A stretch of 64,000 bases of DNA, taken from contig OX597816.1 in NCBI GenBank assembly GCA_951406725.2, positions 175,894,001-175,958,000 on the forward strand, given 5' to 3'. This document shows, in pieces, positions 28,345 to 41,939 of the stretch. Both the position numbers and the translations under genes were made by a program. The DNA is from Octopus vulgaris. Taxonomy: Eukaryota. The first letter of the stretch is position 1, and every line of letters starts with the position of its first letter. Under the pieces are notes generated by a model that was not told the origin of the DNA, ran no database searches, and saw nothing but the letters and a program-made list of their open reading frames with translations.

Positions 28345-28690
28345 ATTATTATTTCATTTATGTACTACAGAGAAGACTATTGGGAAAAATTCCTAACATT
28401 AGACTACAACAAGTAACCTTAGAAGCCAAAAACCTTCCTAAGTATCCTAACTGTCCCTAATAATATTGTTTTCTGGAGCTGCACTAAACTAGATTTTATG
28501 CCTTTTCCCTCTATCCATCTGTTCAAATCTTTAGAGATAGTTCCCAATAACTGCAGGGATACATTTTACCTGCACTTTCCACAGCCTCTGTTACTCACTT
28601 GGTATTTTCCTATTTTCTTTATACCTCTCATATTGACTTTCTCATCATTTCGGACTTTCTTATCACTTGGCACTTTCTATTCTCTTTGTC
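28345..28690 (-). mobile_element. Dong/R4-type restriction-like endonuclease C-terminal fragment
   Basis: QLQKTILLGTVRILRKV C-terminus followed by a TAA tail. Confidence 0.55.
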
Positions 28691-29159
28691 TGCTTCATTT
28701 ATAGATTATAAACTGCTTTGTTTGTAGATTTATAGGGCATAAAAAAGACCCAACAAAAATAAGACATGCAAATTTGCTGCTAGCAGTTTCACTGGTGCAA
28801 TGTGGTAAATGGCAGAATTTTTTTTACATTTAAACAGATTAAAAAGAGCAAAATCTATGTTGGAGAAATGTGGGCAAAATGTGAACTTACCTAGATCTGT
28901 CCAGCAATAAACCAATTTGCTGACAGTTCTATACAAAACTATAGGAGCAAGCAACACACCGGCAGATAGAGAAATGTTTTCGACCAACTTGGAACACCAA
29001 AACGTACATAGTTAAGGGAAAAAATACGGAACTGTAGAAGTGAGGTTTGCCTCAGAGAATGAGGCCAAAAGGCACTTGACAGACACCCTAACAAATAATG
29101 AACTGTTTCTCGTCCCCATTTACCTTGGTCGAAGGGTCTTTAAAATAAAAATAAACATG

Positions 29160-29540
29160 CGCAGGAGTGGCTGTGTGGTAAGTAGCTTGCTAACCAACCA
29201 CATGGTTCCGGGTTCAGTCCCACTGCGTGGCATCTTGGGCAAGTGTCTTCTGCTATAGCCCCGGGCCGACCAATGCCTTGTGAGTGGATTTGGTAGATGG
29301 AAACTGAAAGAAGCCTGTCGTATATATGTATATATATATGTGTTTGTGTGTTTGTCCCCCTAGCATTGCTTGACAACCGATGCTTGTGTGTTTACGTCTC
29401 CGTCACTTAGCGGTTCGGCAAAAGAGACTGATAGAATAAGTACTGGGCTTACAAAGAATAAGTCCCGGGGTCGATTTGCTCGACTAAAGGTGGTGCTCCA
29501 GCATGGCCGCAGTCAAATGACTGAAACAAGTAAAAGAGTA
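29160..29540 (+). mobile_element. SINE family A
   Basis: Near-identical to 14843-15248. Confidence 0.9.
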
Positions 29541-29845
29541 TGCCTCCAGAAATCAACATCACTGGTTGTTGGCAACAGTTCTCTTCAACATAGAACAGAA
29601 AACCATTATTCCACAGACACAGAGATTGCAGAAGCAGAACTGGTTGGGAGAGGGAACTGATTTATTAATAGAGGCAGATCAGCAAAGCATCAAAGCAATC
29701 CCAGACTTAACCCTATCTTGTGGCACAAAGCTTCATATGGCTGTTGAGGGCAGAAGGCTGAGGTGTTACTTGTGCAGTGACAAAATAACCTAAAGGCCCT
29801 TTGTCCACAGCAAAGGAAAGACAGGAAATGAATACACTTGCTGAT

Positions 29846-30292
29846 CCCATCACTACCAAAAACAGCAGCTGCAGCACCAACAAAGGTAATCTGTCCCTAG
29901 ATGGATGGAAGCACTCCGTCGGTTACGACGACGAGGGTTCCGGTTGATCCGAATCAACAGAACAGCCTGCTCGTGAAATTAACGTGTAAGTGGCTGAGCA
30001 CTCCACAGACACGTGTACCCTTAACGTAGTTCTCGGGGATATTCAGCGTGACACAGAGAGTGACAAGGCCGGCCCTTTGAAATACAGGTACAACAGAAAC
30101 AGGAAGTAAGAGCGAGAGAAAGTTGTGGTGAAAGAGTACAGCAGGGATCACCACCATCCCCTGCCGGAGCCTCGTGGAACTTTTTAGGTGTTTTCGCTCG
30201 ATAAACACTCACAACGCCCGGTCTGGGAATCGAAACCGCGATCCTACAACCGCGAGTCTGCTGCCCTAACCACTGGGCCATTGCGCCTCCAC
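29846..30292 (-). mobile_element. tRNA-derived SINE family C
   Basis: TGGCCCAGTGG A box, GTTTCGATTCC B box. Near-identical copy at 41354-41736. Confidence 0.88.
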
Positions 30293-30704
30293 TCAGTTAA
30301 CCATAACATCACTAATGACAGGAATGAAAGTAACATCTCAAAAACAGCAACAACAATAACAACAACAACAGTGGAAGCTAATACAACAGAAAACAGAGCA
30401 ACATCAAAGGCTAGCACGTGAAACAGCATCAGAACCATTCCCAAACTATTTCAATGAAACAGCACCAAAACCTTCCTCAAGACATCCCCCGTCTCCTGTT
30501 CTGACCATTGAGACATGTCCTGTGATGAAGGAAGTTGGGAGGAGGTGAAAGGGTCAAATGGTCAGCAAAGCCAAGAAAAGAGAAACGAATGGAAACACAT
30601 CAGCAACTGAAAAAACTAGCAGATACGAACAAACGGGGAGATGCCTTTGAGCAACAATGCTCCAACTCTACCCCCACCAATAGCTACCCCAATATCGTCA
30701 ACAT

Positions 30705-30880
30705 CATCACCACCACTACCACCACCACAACCACCACCACCATCATCACAAAAACCACTACCACCACCACCACCACAACCACCATCACAACCACCACCAC
30801 CACCACCATAACCACCACCACCACCACCACCACCACCACCACCACCACCACCACCACCACAACCACCACCACCACCATCA
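30705..30880. repeat. (ACC)n trinucleotide repeat
   Basis: Visible directly in the sequence. Confidence 0.95.
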
Positions 30881-30934
30881 ACTACACAGCCATAAACATG
30901 ACAGACAAAGCATTAATGAAATATATACACAACC

Positions 30935-31168
30935 TATTTCTTTATTATCCACAAGGGGCTAAACACAGAGGGGACAAACAAGGATAGACATAGGTATTAA
31001 GTCAATTAGATCGACCCCAGTGCGTAACTGGTACTTAATTTATCGACCCCGAAAGGATGAAAGGCAAAGTCGACCTCGGCGGAATTTGAACTCAGAACGT
31101 AAGGATGGACGAAATACGGCTTAGCATTTCGCCCGGCGTCCTAACGTTTCTGCCAGCTCGCTGCCTTA
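30935..31168 (-). mobile_element. SINE family B
   Basis: Matches 59900-60135. Confidence 0.85.
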
Positions 31169-34100
31169 AAATATATACACAATGAAATGTATACACAACC
31201 ACACAAACATCACCCAGAGCAATTTCATCACACTAATGCATAAAAATCATCCAAACAACACAAAACACATATAACAACATAAAAAAACAAATATTCTGAG
31301 GGAGTAGGAGCTTTCAGGAGAAACATTAACAAAAGAACTGTTCATAGAAACACCCACCTGTAGCCAGAGGGGTGGAACATTTAACCCCATCACCCTACAA
31401 AATCACTCTACATATATCTTTCCTCTTCTTCTATTTCATTGTCTAACATGGCTGTGCTAAGAATAGGCAGTATAAATGCACGTGGCCTGGGGGTCACTCT
31501 GGATACAGGGCCACCTACTCAACGACCTCAGGTCACTACATATAGATGTTGTGGCTATCAGTGAGACCAGAGTTTCTGACCGACAAGCTTTCATGACCAT
31601 TTTCAGTGGATATGAGATTTACATGTCAACTGGGAATGCGGTGTACATATCAAGACAAGGACCATCTTCCTGGACCCAGATGGTAAGTTAGTGGTCCTGG
31701 ATGTGAACAGTAGTGACGAAGGTGCCTTCAGACTGGTCTCTGTTTATGCTCCAGAGGGACAGAACCACCAGATTTTTCCAGATGTCTGAAGGTTTTCATG
31801 GGAACGTCTTGACTTTTAATGCAAATGGGTGACTCCAGCTTGGATGCACATTCAAATTGTATGGGACTAGCTGATAAAAGAGAGAGGTGCAAAAGCCTTG
31901 CAAATCTGCTCAGCTGTTTTCAATTGTCTGATGGGTCATGACTGGATTTCCTAAATGTACCAGTGTGGAAGAACAGCATCTGGTCATCTATCTAGATAGA
32001 GTATTCTGTAGGTCAACAGATAAGGATAGCATGTTGTCCACTTCTTAAAATCACAGACCACAAATTTGGGATCTGAACAGTCAACCAAAGTTTACTTCAC
32101 TGGCAAAGACCCAGTTCGTGGAACCTGAATGTGTCACTCCCAGCCAAACTTATAGAGACTACATTAGTGAATTAGTTAAGTGGGTATTAACTGGATCAAT
32201 CATGAACAAGAAAATAGTAGTTTGCCATGAAAATGGAAATTTGAATAGAATTGATTAGGTTTAATAAGGCATTAGCAATAAAAAGAAATAAAATAGAAGG
32301 AAATTTAGAGGCACTTAAAAAAGGCATTGCAACTGATGTGCTCAAGGCATGATTGCCCCTAGACCAATTCTTCAACACTAAGCACAAATGATGCATTGTC
32401 AAAGCTAAGGATATGCTCTAAGACATGAGGGAACAAAAACTGCTTGATGTGTTCAAGTGGAAGACGTGTAACATAGTAACAAAGCCACAATAAAGTCTTT
32501 GGTGAATTAAAATGATGGCATTGTACTTGAGCCTGAGCAATGTGATTTGCATGGCATTTCAGCAGCACTCCATCCAATAGTTTGGCATGAATAGCAGACC
32601 AGAACAATGGGTGGGCTTCAGTGCCTGTCTCTTCTGTATGTACTGATTCCAGAGCCACTACTGTGGAAATTAAAGGCATTGAGAAGCATCCTGCATGAAC
32701 TAACGACATGGGAGAACCATGTTGGCATGCGCAGATGACATTACTGTCATAGTGCCCAACACCAGGCACTGCTCTAAAAAAATATGTGGAGGTAACAGGA
32801 GCAAAAATTAATCAAGAAAAGTCAGTGGGCCTGAGTTCGGTACCTGGAGAGGCAGGTCCATGCAGTTCAATGATGTGGGATGCTGGACTGAGGGAGCAGT
32901 TAAACTTCTTGGAGTCTGGCTTGGTCTGGATCTCCAGATGGAGAACTGGGATGAGGTGACAAGCAGGGTGGCTAATCACACTCAAAAATGGGCTGAGAGA
33001 AAGCTGTCTCTAAAAGGTAGTGAAGAGGTGATGAATGCACACACCACCTCCATTATATATTATTGCCTGACTGTCATCTTTTGATCTAGTTAACATCTGA
33101 GCAAATGGGAGTGCATACTCCTCCACTTTCTGTGGAAGGGGCAAATTTCACTGGTTGGGTGCTCCATTTGTTGTCAACACCCACTGATGGAGGACTGGGC
33201 ATTTCGTGGCTGATGATGCGCAGACAAGTGCTGGAGCTATGAAATCGCCAGTGCTTCTTTGATGGTGAGCAGGTGTGGCCACCATTTGTCAGACCTGCTT
33301 TTCTGCAGCTTGTCTCTTTGATTGAGCTGCAGTCCTGGATCAATTGTAGGTTGAGGCTGGGTGCCTGGCACCTAGAAAATCATTAGGCACTTACAGTTCT
33401 CTGCCAGTCAGACAATGTGGTCAGTGGAAGTTCCACATTGGTATTCTATACAGGTTTAGTAGCAGGCAAGTGGAATGACATTCTCAAGGAGAATCTGGGC
33501 ATCCACAAGAATCAACTAGCTGGTTTGTTCTGGAAGACTTTCAAGCTGGAGACCATGGAACATTTCCAGAAATTCTTGGTCTGGCAGTGCTACCAGGTAA
33601 TGTTACCAGTTTGGGTTAAACTATACATGCATGGAAGTGCTGTTAGCCTGGTTGCCCAAGAAGTGTGCAGAGCAACAAAACTGTTCTGCATGCTCTTGTC
33701 CAGTAGCTGAGCATTTCTGACTTCTGGGTTTATGCCAAACACCTGTTGTCCCCGGTACAATAGATTTGGTCATCAGCTGAGTCCATTGTGAAGATCATCC
33801 TGCCTCTTTTCTCCATCTGGGAAGAGCAATGTTTCTTTGTCTGGTAGCCATAGAGAAAGAGGTTGTGTGGTTGACCAGATTGAAATGGATAAAGATAGAT
33901 ACTTTCCTCTTTGGCAAAGCCCTCATCAACTTTTTTAAGCTTCACTTGATAAAGAATGTGATAGTGGAGAGGGAAGTGCTGCTCTCTAGTGATTTTGCTG
34001 AAATGCGGGTGAATGTGGCAGTAATGGTCTGAGTAAATGATCGCTTTCTCCACATCGTCTACAGTTGCATGATCATGAACATGTAGAGGGCAACCATGAT

Positions 34101-34857
34101 TTTGTGGAGTATCCATTAACAGCCCTCAGAAGTTTTCCTCTTTTGGGTAATTATTCTGTGTTAAACGATATTGCAGCCATCACTGCTGCCGCCACCAGCA
34201 CAACTCTTCTACAATCTCTTAGGGTATCAAATTAATCTGATCACAAGTAGATTGGATGTTTTAACTCTAGAAGATGGTTTTTATTGAGAAACTGAAATTT
34301 CTGACATGTTAGGTAGGATAAAAGAAAGAAAACATTAACAACTTACATTATGAACATAACATGCATGGGGAAACAAAACTTTTAAATGTAGCAATATTTC
34401 TTTTGCATTTTCAGATAAGATAGGGTTAATTTCTAGAGAAACTGCTAGAATTCTTGTAATAAGATATAGAATATAAAGTATTGCTACCACCTTTGTTTAT
34501 AAGAGTATTATCAAAAGCAACAAAAAATATATTTAAAAAGTAATATTTATTATCAAATTGCTTTCAAGATTTTCAAAATGAGGTGATTAAAACAAATATA
34601 CTGTTATACATTGGCAATTTCAAAGACCATTATTTAAACAATTTTAACTGGAATTTTGGTTTTGTTTCTTTTAATCACTTTTTTTTTGCTTCTTAATTCT
34701 TATGCTAGAACTACAAAGTGAAATCTGTTATTGCTTTACTGTTCAAGTATGCAGGTACACATTGTCAAAATTTGCTGAGAGGGTAGTGAAGGGTAGGTGG
34801 CATGGAAAGTAAATTCAGCTTCCTTAATTGTTAATCAAGAATCTTTTCACTATTATA

Positions 34858-35391
34858 CAGGGTGGACCAAAAGTCATGCACAAAATAAGTTCAATATGCT
34901 CTGGAATTGTCGAAGACATGCTTCATCATCATCATCATCATCGTTTAGTGTCCGCTTTCCATGCTAGCATGGGTTGGACGGTTCAACTGGGATCTGGGAA
35001 GCCAGAAGGCTGCACCAGGCCCAGTCTGATCTGGCAATGTTTCTATGGCTGGATGCCCTTTCTAACACCAACCACTCTGTGAGTGTAGTGGGTGCTTTTT
35101 ACGTGCCAGACGAGGCTGGCAAACGGCCATGATCGGATGGTGCTTTTTACATGCCACCGGCACGGAAGCCAGTCAGGGCGGCGCTGGCAACGGCCATGTT
35201 CGGATGGTTCTCTTATGTGCCACCAGCACTGGTATCACAGCTACAATTTCCATTGATTGATCGAATAAAAGAAATAAAATAATGAGGAATACACATGTAC
35301 TTGTACATGATGAACAAAATGGATAATAATGATAACAATGTAATATAAATAAAATATCAAATGTTTTGGTATGTGACTTTTGGTCCACCTG
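34858..35391. mobile_element. Tc1-like MITE carrying an RTE-tail repeat insertion (~34924-35260)
   Basis: TIR CAGG(G)TGGACCAAAAGTCA with TA flanks. The insert has a (CAT)n tail and TCCGCTTTCCATGCTAGCATGGGTTGGACG, also seen at 11680, 38652 and 48620-48920. Confidence 0.7.
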
Positions 35392-35680
35392 TACATATAT
35401 TTATAATGCTTGCATATGTTATTTGCATAGCATAAATTGATTACCTATTTGCATAATATATGGTGTATATATATATTATAATTCATATTATTATATTTAA
35501 TAATAAATAAATTACTTACATGTTTGCATAAATGCAAAATAAATCCTTCAAAATAATGCAGAATTTAAGCTACATCTTCAGGTGAAAGAAAGTCTTATTG
35601 TTTTCTCTTGTATCATGCTATATATTCTATGTTTTGCAGAATGATACATCAGGGAGCTATTTTTATGAGTACTACTGGGT

Positions 35681-35732
<52 letters not shown>

Positions 35733-36130
35733 ATGGCTGTGTGGTAAGTAGCTTGCTAACCAACCACATGGTTTCGGGTTCAGTCTCACTGCGTGGCATC
35801 TTGGGCAAGTGTCTTCTACTATAGCCTCGGGCCGACCAAAGCCTTGTGAGCAGATTTGGTAGATGGAAACTGAAAGAAGCCCGTTGTATATATATATATA
35901 TATATGTGTGTGTTTGTGTGTCTGTGTTTGTCCCCCTAGCATTGCTTGACAACCGATGCTGGTGTGTTTATGTCCCCGTCACTTAGCGGTTCAGCAAAAA
36001 GAGACTGATAGAATGAGTACTGGGCTTACAAAGAATAAGACCCGGGGTCGAGTTGCTCGACTAAAAGGCGGTGCTCCAGCATGGCCGCGGTCAAATGACT
36101 GAAACAAGTAAAAGAGTAGAGTAAAAGAGT
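35733..36130 (+). mobile_element. SINE family A
   Basis: Same consensus as the other family A copies. Confidence 0.9.
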
Positions 36131-36569
36131 ATGTGTGTATGTACATACATATATATATATATGATTAATAGTTATTTGCAGGATCCAACTGAATCAAGGT
36201 ATTTTAATAAGGAGAACAAGTTAGGGTTGAGAATAGCATATCTGTGTATCAACTGTATACACAAATATAGATCCCTAGTTGAGATTTTATATTAAAAAAA
36301 ATGTTTAAAAAATCTATTGAGATTTTATGCCAAATAACAAACAAAATAATCTGATAGAAAAGTAGTGAATAGCCAGATGTTCTCCTTATACTATAGAAAC
36401 TTAACTATTTTGTATTTTGGGATAAAGTATACCTACATATTTTTTCTAGTTCTGTGACGGCTTACATCATTGTAGATAGATGTCTAACAACTCAGTAACT
36501 TAACTTTCACTTTAATATTTATCATCCTCCCAATGTGTGAGTATGTGATCTCAACCTTTAACTAATTAA

Positions 36570-36722
36570 TCAAAGGAATCGAGATGTCCCACTTCCAAAT
36601 CTTGAACCCAGAGACTGAGATTTTTCAATGATTGATTTCCGTTGAGTACTGTTCAGATGAACAGCTTCCAAATCATGCTCTCGGCTAAAAGGCTGTCGTT
36701 CAACAGGTTCGTCACTGTCTCT
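36570..36722 (-). CDS. GPALPP1: GPALPP1 last coding exon (RDSDEPVERQPFSREHDL...SLGSRFGSGTSRFL*)
   Basis: TTCTTCAG acceptor, 153 nt ending in TGA. ER.PF.R..DL and RF..G...FL match the C-terminal motif of the family. Confidence 0.92.
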   Translation of the reverse strand, partial: RDSDEPVERQPFSREHDLEAVHLNSTQRKSIIEKSQSLGSRFGSGTSRFL

Positions 36723-38013
36723 CTGAAGAAAAAGAAAGATCAATCAGTCAATGGCTTCATTTATATATATAGATTTATGCCTAAAATAAAGCAAGGTATT
36801 GAATCTACTGTATTTCAAAGACTGGGAATTATGAACTCAAAATATCAAAATACCATCACCATACAGGCCAATTTCATTTTACCCTTTGATATGAATTTAA
36901 ACAATTACTTATCAGCAGAGCAAGTATTTTTAAAGTTAGATGTTATTCCTACAGCTAACCACTTCAGTAGCACATTTGTCACAGCCTACCTGCTTGATAA
37001 TAACTAAGAGAAGAATATACTTAAATTAGTTGTGAAAAAAATGGCGGTGCCCCAGCATGGCCACAGCTCGTGAGCTGAAACTAGATAAAATAAAATAAAA
37101 TAAAAAAAACAATAGAATGAAATGAAAACAAGCCTTAATGACATTGCTTTTGAATTAATACCACCTTGTTTGTTTGTGTGTGTGTGTAGTCATTTCATCA
37201 TGTTAAACTGTTAACCCCAACTCATTTTTTCTCCATCCATTTTTTCCTCTCATCTCTTTCAAAAAGCATAGGCTCGTAACATCAAAGACTTTCCCATTCT
37301 TTCTGAATGTTACCTGCCTGTTGTTCCCTCACCAGTCTTTGTCATTTGTTTTCTGTACATTTGAACCATATAAATATATATTTTTTATCATACAACAAAA
37401 TGTAAGTGTCTTGAGAGAAAAATTGGGCATAAGAGACATCTGATGAGAAGACTGCACTGGTACGGTCATGTGATGCATAGGGACAAGGACAGCTGTGTAA
37501 AGAAGTGCCGATCTCTACCTGTGAAAGGGACCTGTGGAATTGGTAGACCTAGGAAGCCAAGTGAAATCGTAGGGGTGGCCAGTGTTAGTGACATGAAAAA
37601 GGCCCCTGTGCTGGTGACACAAAAAAAGGATCTGTGAAGCTGTTTCATATATATATTTGGATGCATTCATGGTTCAGTTTTATCAATCGAGCAATTGATA
37701 AAATTGAACCATAAAAGCACCCTAATGCATACCTGAAACAGCTGTAAGCCTATAATAAATAAATAAATGTATATAACCCATTATTTCTGTCTATTTTATA
37801 TATCACTTTGTAAAAACATTCTGTTTTAACTGGGTCGTGCAGCCCTGAATTTACAAATTTGACTGGTGATGGACTTCAACTTTGGCTTTTGACTTTGGAT
37901 TACCTGAGGTACAATAGCAATCACAACATTTTTTTGTTAGTCTGGTATATTTTTATCTACAGAGAGCTGAAGAAATATTTCACCTGGATTAATATCCCTT
38001 ATCAACTTTTCTT

Positions 38014-38049
<36 letters not shown>

Positions 38050-38498
38050 ATGAAAGAATTATCCTTTGTTTACCGTTAACATGGAAAATTCAGTAAACAG
38101 TTACCAGGGTAGCAAAATTCACGCAAGTAACACGGATGTAGCGACCTATTCAAAGGTAGAAACTCCAGGTTAATGTGCAGTAATTTGTGTATTATAAGTA
38201 AATAAATGGAGTTGAACGAAGATGTTATTAAAATTCTTTTACTTTCGACATATGTTTTGAAGACAACATTTAGTTCAGCTTGCACTTTACTTCAATAGAG
38301 AAATCTACATTTTTCAACCAATATCTCCCTCTTTATTTGTTCTCTACTTATTATTTCTTTATCCCTTCTCTTCCTAATGTCTGCCTTTGATGTCGAATCT
38401 ACTAACGGCTTTTTAAAAATACTTAATAGTGTTCTGTTTATCATTTATGCAGTCATCAAAATTGTTATAATGTCTTGTTGTTGAGATGGGTTCTCTTT

Positions 38499-38581
38499 CT
38501 TTCCTGATGAGAAGATTGCATTTTACACTGTTTATTCCTTTGGAATAAAACCAATGTTGTCTTCGAAACATATGTCGAAAG
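38499..38581 (+). ncRNA. Type I hammerhead ribozyme motif
   Basis: CTTTC-CTGATGA-GAAGAT-[~42 nt]-GTCTTC-GAAA-CATATG-TC-GAAAG. Intact core, GUC cleavage triplet. Confidence 0.82.
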
Positions 38582-38769
38582 TAAAAGAATTTGAATAACA
38601 TCTGCATTCAACTCCATTTATTTGCTTATATATATATATATATATATATATACCGTCCAACCCATGCTAGCATGGAGAACGGACGTTAAACGATGATGAT
38701 GATGATGATGATATATATATAAATCCGAGGCGTGGTTATTGCTAGTTGAAAACTATATGTATATATATA

Positions 38770-39240
38770 TATTAGAAGGTTTTATATAAAATTTTCTAAT
38801 TCTCATTCTTTCTATGATTGATTTATTGTTCCTGGGGATGATGAAGAAAGCATCATCCCTATATAGACCACCCTGTAATTCAGGGATTTCCTTATTTAGG
38901 CATCTTAACAGATACACATCTACTAGATTAGTGACCTCAGCCGGGTCACTGGAACCCATAGGTATATCAAAATTTTCTGGGGTATCAGCCCTAGTCCAAA
39001 GTTTGCCTTCACATTCTATAATAGTTCTTCTAGCTAACAGAATTATATTAATTTTATCCCTGGTTATGAGAGAGAGAGAGATCTTTAGCAAAAATAAGAG
39101 ACTTGTTAAGGAGGATGAGGGATATACTTGAATAATAACTATTTATATCAAATTGGATAAAGGAATAATTACTTTTGTTATCAATAGATCTGAGCCAATG
39201 AATCACCTCATCTGTATCAATCCATAATTTTAGAGTTAGG
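38770..39240 (-). mobile_element. Penelope-like RT fragment
   Basis: FDIPMGSSDPAEVTNLV..YLL and GGLYRDDA. Confidence 0.75.
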
Positions 39241-39749
39241 TTGGGAATTTGACCTTTTGCCTTGGACTCATGTTCTGTTTGACCTCCTGGCAGGAGTCAA
39301 AACATCAGTTTGGCAAATAGGGTCCATATACCACCCTATTTATTGACTTTGTTCTTTTTTGCCATAGCATGGTCAGATTAAGCAATGACCATATTGAATT
39401 TGTGAGAAATTTTTTTTTTCTTATGATATAAAAATCTTGAAGAAAATATGTTCTTTTCTAAGTGAAATTTAATGACAAAAATTTCGCTTTTATATTTCCT
39501 AACAATTATCTGACCTACCCCATCAGTTTTTATATCGAAATAAAGCAAAAACATTCTTCTTCATGGCAGTATGATTTCCAACACAACTTGAATTATAGTG
39601 CTCCATAGCACTGAATTAAAATGTGAGTTACCATTCAGCAGTAAAAAAACAAAAACAGGGCTAACTTTGTAAATGCATAGACATATCAGAGTGTTTGAGG
39701 GCCCTGACATTTGTATTTTAATTGAAACTATATGATGCCTATTTAGCCC

Positions 39750-40255
39750 AACTTTTCTCTTGAGAGAAAAGTTAGGCATAAGAGGCATCAGATGTAGTGT
39801 GCAAGAGAGACAACTGCGCTGGTATGGTCATGTGAAACATATAGACAACAGCTGTGTAAAGAAGTGCTGATCTCTAACTCTGGAGGGAATCTGTGGTAGA
39901 GGTAGACCCAGGAAGACATGGGATGAGGTGACAAAGCATGATCTTCAAACGTTGAGTCTCCCAGAGGCAATGGCAAATGACCAAGGCTTTTGGCAATATG
40001 CTGTGAATGAGAAGAAGACCCATCAAGCCAAGTGAAATTGTAGTCATGACAGATACTGGTGTCATGCAAATGGCATCCATGCCAGTGGCATGTAAAAGCA
40101 CCCATTACACTGTTGGAGTGGTTGGTATTAGGAAGAGCATCCAGCCATAGAAACCATGCCAAATCAGACTGAATTCTGGTGCAGTTCCTCAGCTTACCAG
40201 CCTTGGTCAAACTAACCAACCCATGCCAGCATGGACAACAGATGTTAAATGATAT
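39750..40255 (+). mobile_element. RTE LINE 3' end
   Basis: QLRWYGHV...GRGRPRKTW followed by the 3' UTR. Confidence 0.7.
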
Positions 40256-40379
40256 GATAATAAGAAAGTTCATATCCAAAATGTTTATTTTGACATGAAA
40301 ATGATGAAGCAAAAAGTGTTTCTGTGAGTTCAAACTGTGCTTGTCTCTTTTGTATGGTGCTCTATACTGATACTTACTT

Positions 40380-40960
40380 TAAGACCATTTGATTCCAGGT
40401 TGTTTTCACACCTGGAATTTCTTTACTAATCCTGTAACAGATTCTGCTAGGAGGGCAAGATCATTGGCATACAGTAGTTCCTATGGGCTTCCAGCCTTAA
40501 ATTCCTTTGTTATGGCCAGGAGGACAATGATAAATATGAAAGAGCTGATGACTGACCTTTGGTGAACATACCTGTACACTAAATTCATCACTGTACTCAT
40601 GGTCAACTCTTATCTTATGAACAGCACCCATATACATAGCCTGTACTGCTTACACAAGCAATTTGTCTATCCCTAGCTTCCTCAGAGACCACCATATCAC
40701 AGAGAGGTTTTCTTGATCAACAAATGTCAAGAACAACGGCTTGTTCTTAGCTAAATACTTCTCTTGCAGTTGTCTGACTATGAAAATAGCATCCATGGTG
40801 CTTCTCCTTGGGACAAGGCTGAACTGTATTTCATCTAGCCTAATTCTGTTTTTAATTAATTGGACAGTAAGTCTCTCCACAACTTTCATCTTCTGGTTCA
40901 GCAATTTGGTGCAGCCATAATTACTTCTATCTATGGCATCTCCCTTGCCTTTGTAGCAGC
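40380..40960 (-). mobile_element. RTE LINE RT fragment
   Basis: STMDAIFIVRQLQEKYLAKNKPLFLTFVD. Confidence 0.75.
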
Positions 40961-41353
40961 TAACTCAAATGTGTGTGTGTGTGTGTTTGTCCTTACCACT
41001 GCATGACAGCTGGTGTTGGTTTGTTCATGTACCTGTAACTTAGTAGTTTGGTGAAAGAGATTGATAGAATAAATACCAGATTAAAAAAATAAGTACTAGG
41101 GTTGATTTGTTTGACTAAACCCTTCAAAGCAATACCCCAGCATAGGCGCAGTCCAATGATTAAAACAAGTAAAAGGTATTATTGAATGATAGCTTTGAAT
41201 AGTGAAGCTTTTTCTGACAATATTAGGTGAAGATTCGGTTTGAGGCAAGGTGGTGGGGGCTGTCATTGGCAGATATGAGAGGGTATCCAGGTGAAAGGGA
41301 AAATGAAAGTTCAGCAGAAAATAAAGAGGTAAGGGATAATATCGAGAGTGGAG

Positions 41354-41736
41354 TGGAAGCACTCCGTCGGTTACGACGATGAGGGTTCCGGTTGATCCGA
41401 TCAACGGAACAGCCTGCTCGTGAAATTAACGTGTAAGTGGCTGAGCACTCCACAGACACGTGTACCCTTAACGTAGTTCTTGGGGATATTCAGCGTGACA
41501 CAGAGAGTGACAAGGCTGGCCCTTTGAAATACAGGTACAACAGAAACAGGAAGTAAGAGTGAGAGAAAGTTGTGGTGAAAGAGTACAGCAGGGATCACCA
41601 CCATCCCCTGCCGGAGCCTCGTGGAGCTTTAGGTGTTTTCGCTCAATAAACACTCACAACGCCCGGTCTGGGAATCGAAACGGCGATCCTACGACCGCGA
41701 GTCCGCTGCCCTAACCACTGGGCCATTGCGCCTCCA
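41354..41736 (-). mobile_element. SINE family C
   Basis: Near-identical to 29846-30292. Confidence 0.88.
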
Positions 41737-41939
41737 CAATATCGAGAATATGGGTGACAAATGGAAGTGGTTTCAAGGAGAGTGATTAGTAGCACAAAAG
41801 GTGGGTGGAGTTCTGCTCTTATAAAATTACAGCAGCTGAGTGAATAGTGCAATAGTCAGAGGAGTGATGGAGGGATGAGTGGTAGAAAATGTGGAACTTA
41901 ACATGAACAGATTGGGTGCAGTGGAATAGGCATAAATGT

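Larger units (their letters stand above)
28745..34100 (+). mobile_element. Heavily decayed Tx1/L1-type LINE with nested SINEs
   Basis: ORF1 zinc knuckle RCYLC; APE-like DVVAISETR, YLDRV; RT-end GAKINQEKS, VKLLGVW, KWAERKLSLKG. Confidence 0.7.

Noticed and set aside
30225-30292. tRNA-like sequences, also heads at 14843, 41670-41736 and 59900
   Set aside because: These are SINE heads with A/B boxes continuing into repeat bodies, not tRNA genes.
30535-30987. Poly-Thr, mucin-like ORF
   Set aside because: (ACC)n expansion within a decayed LINE; no splice or domain support.
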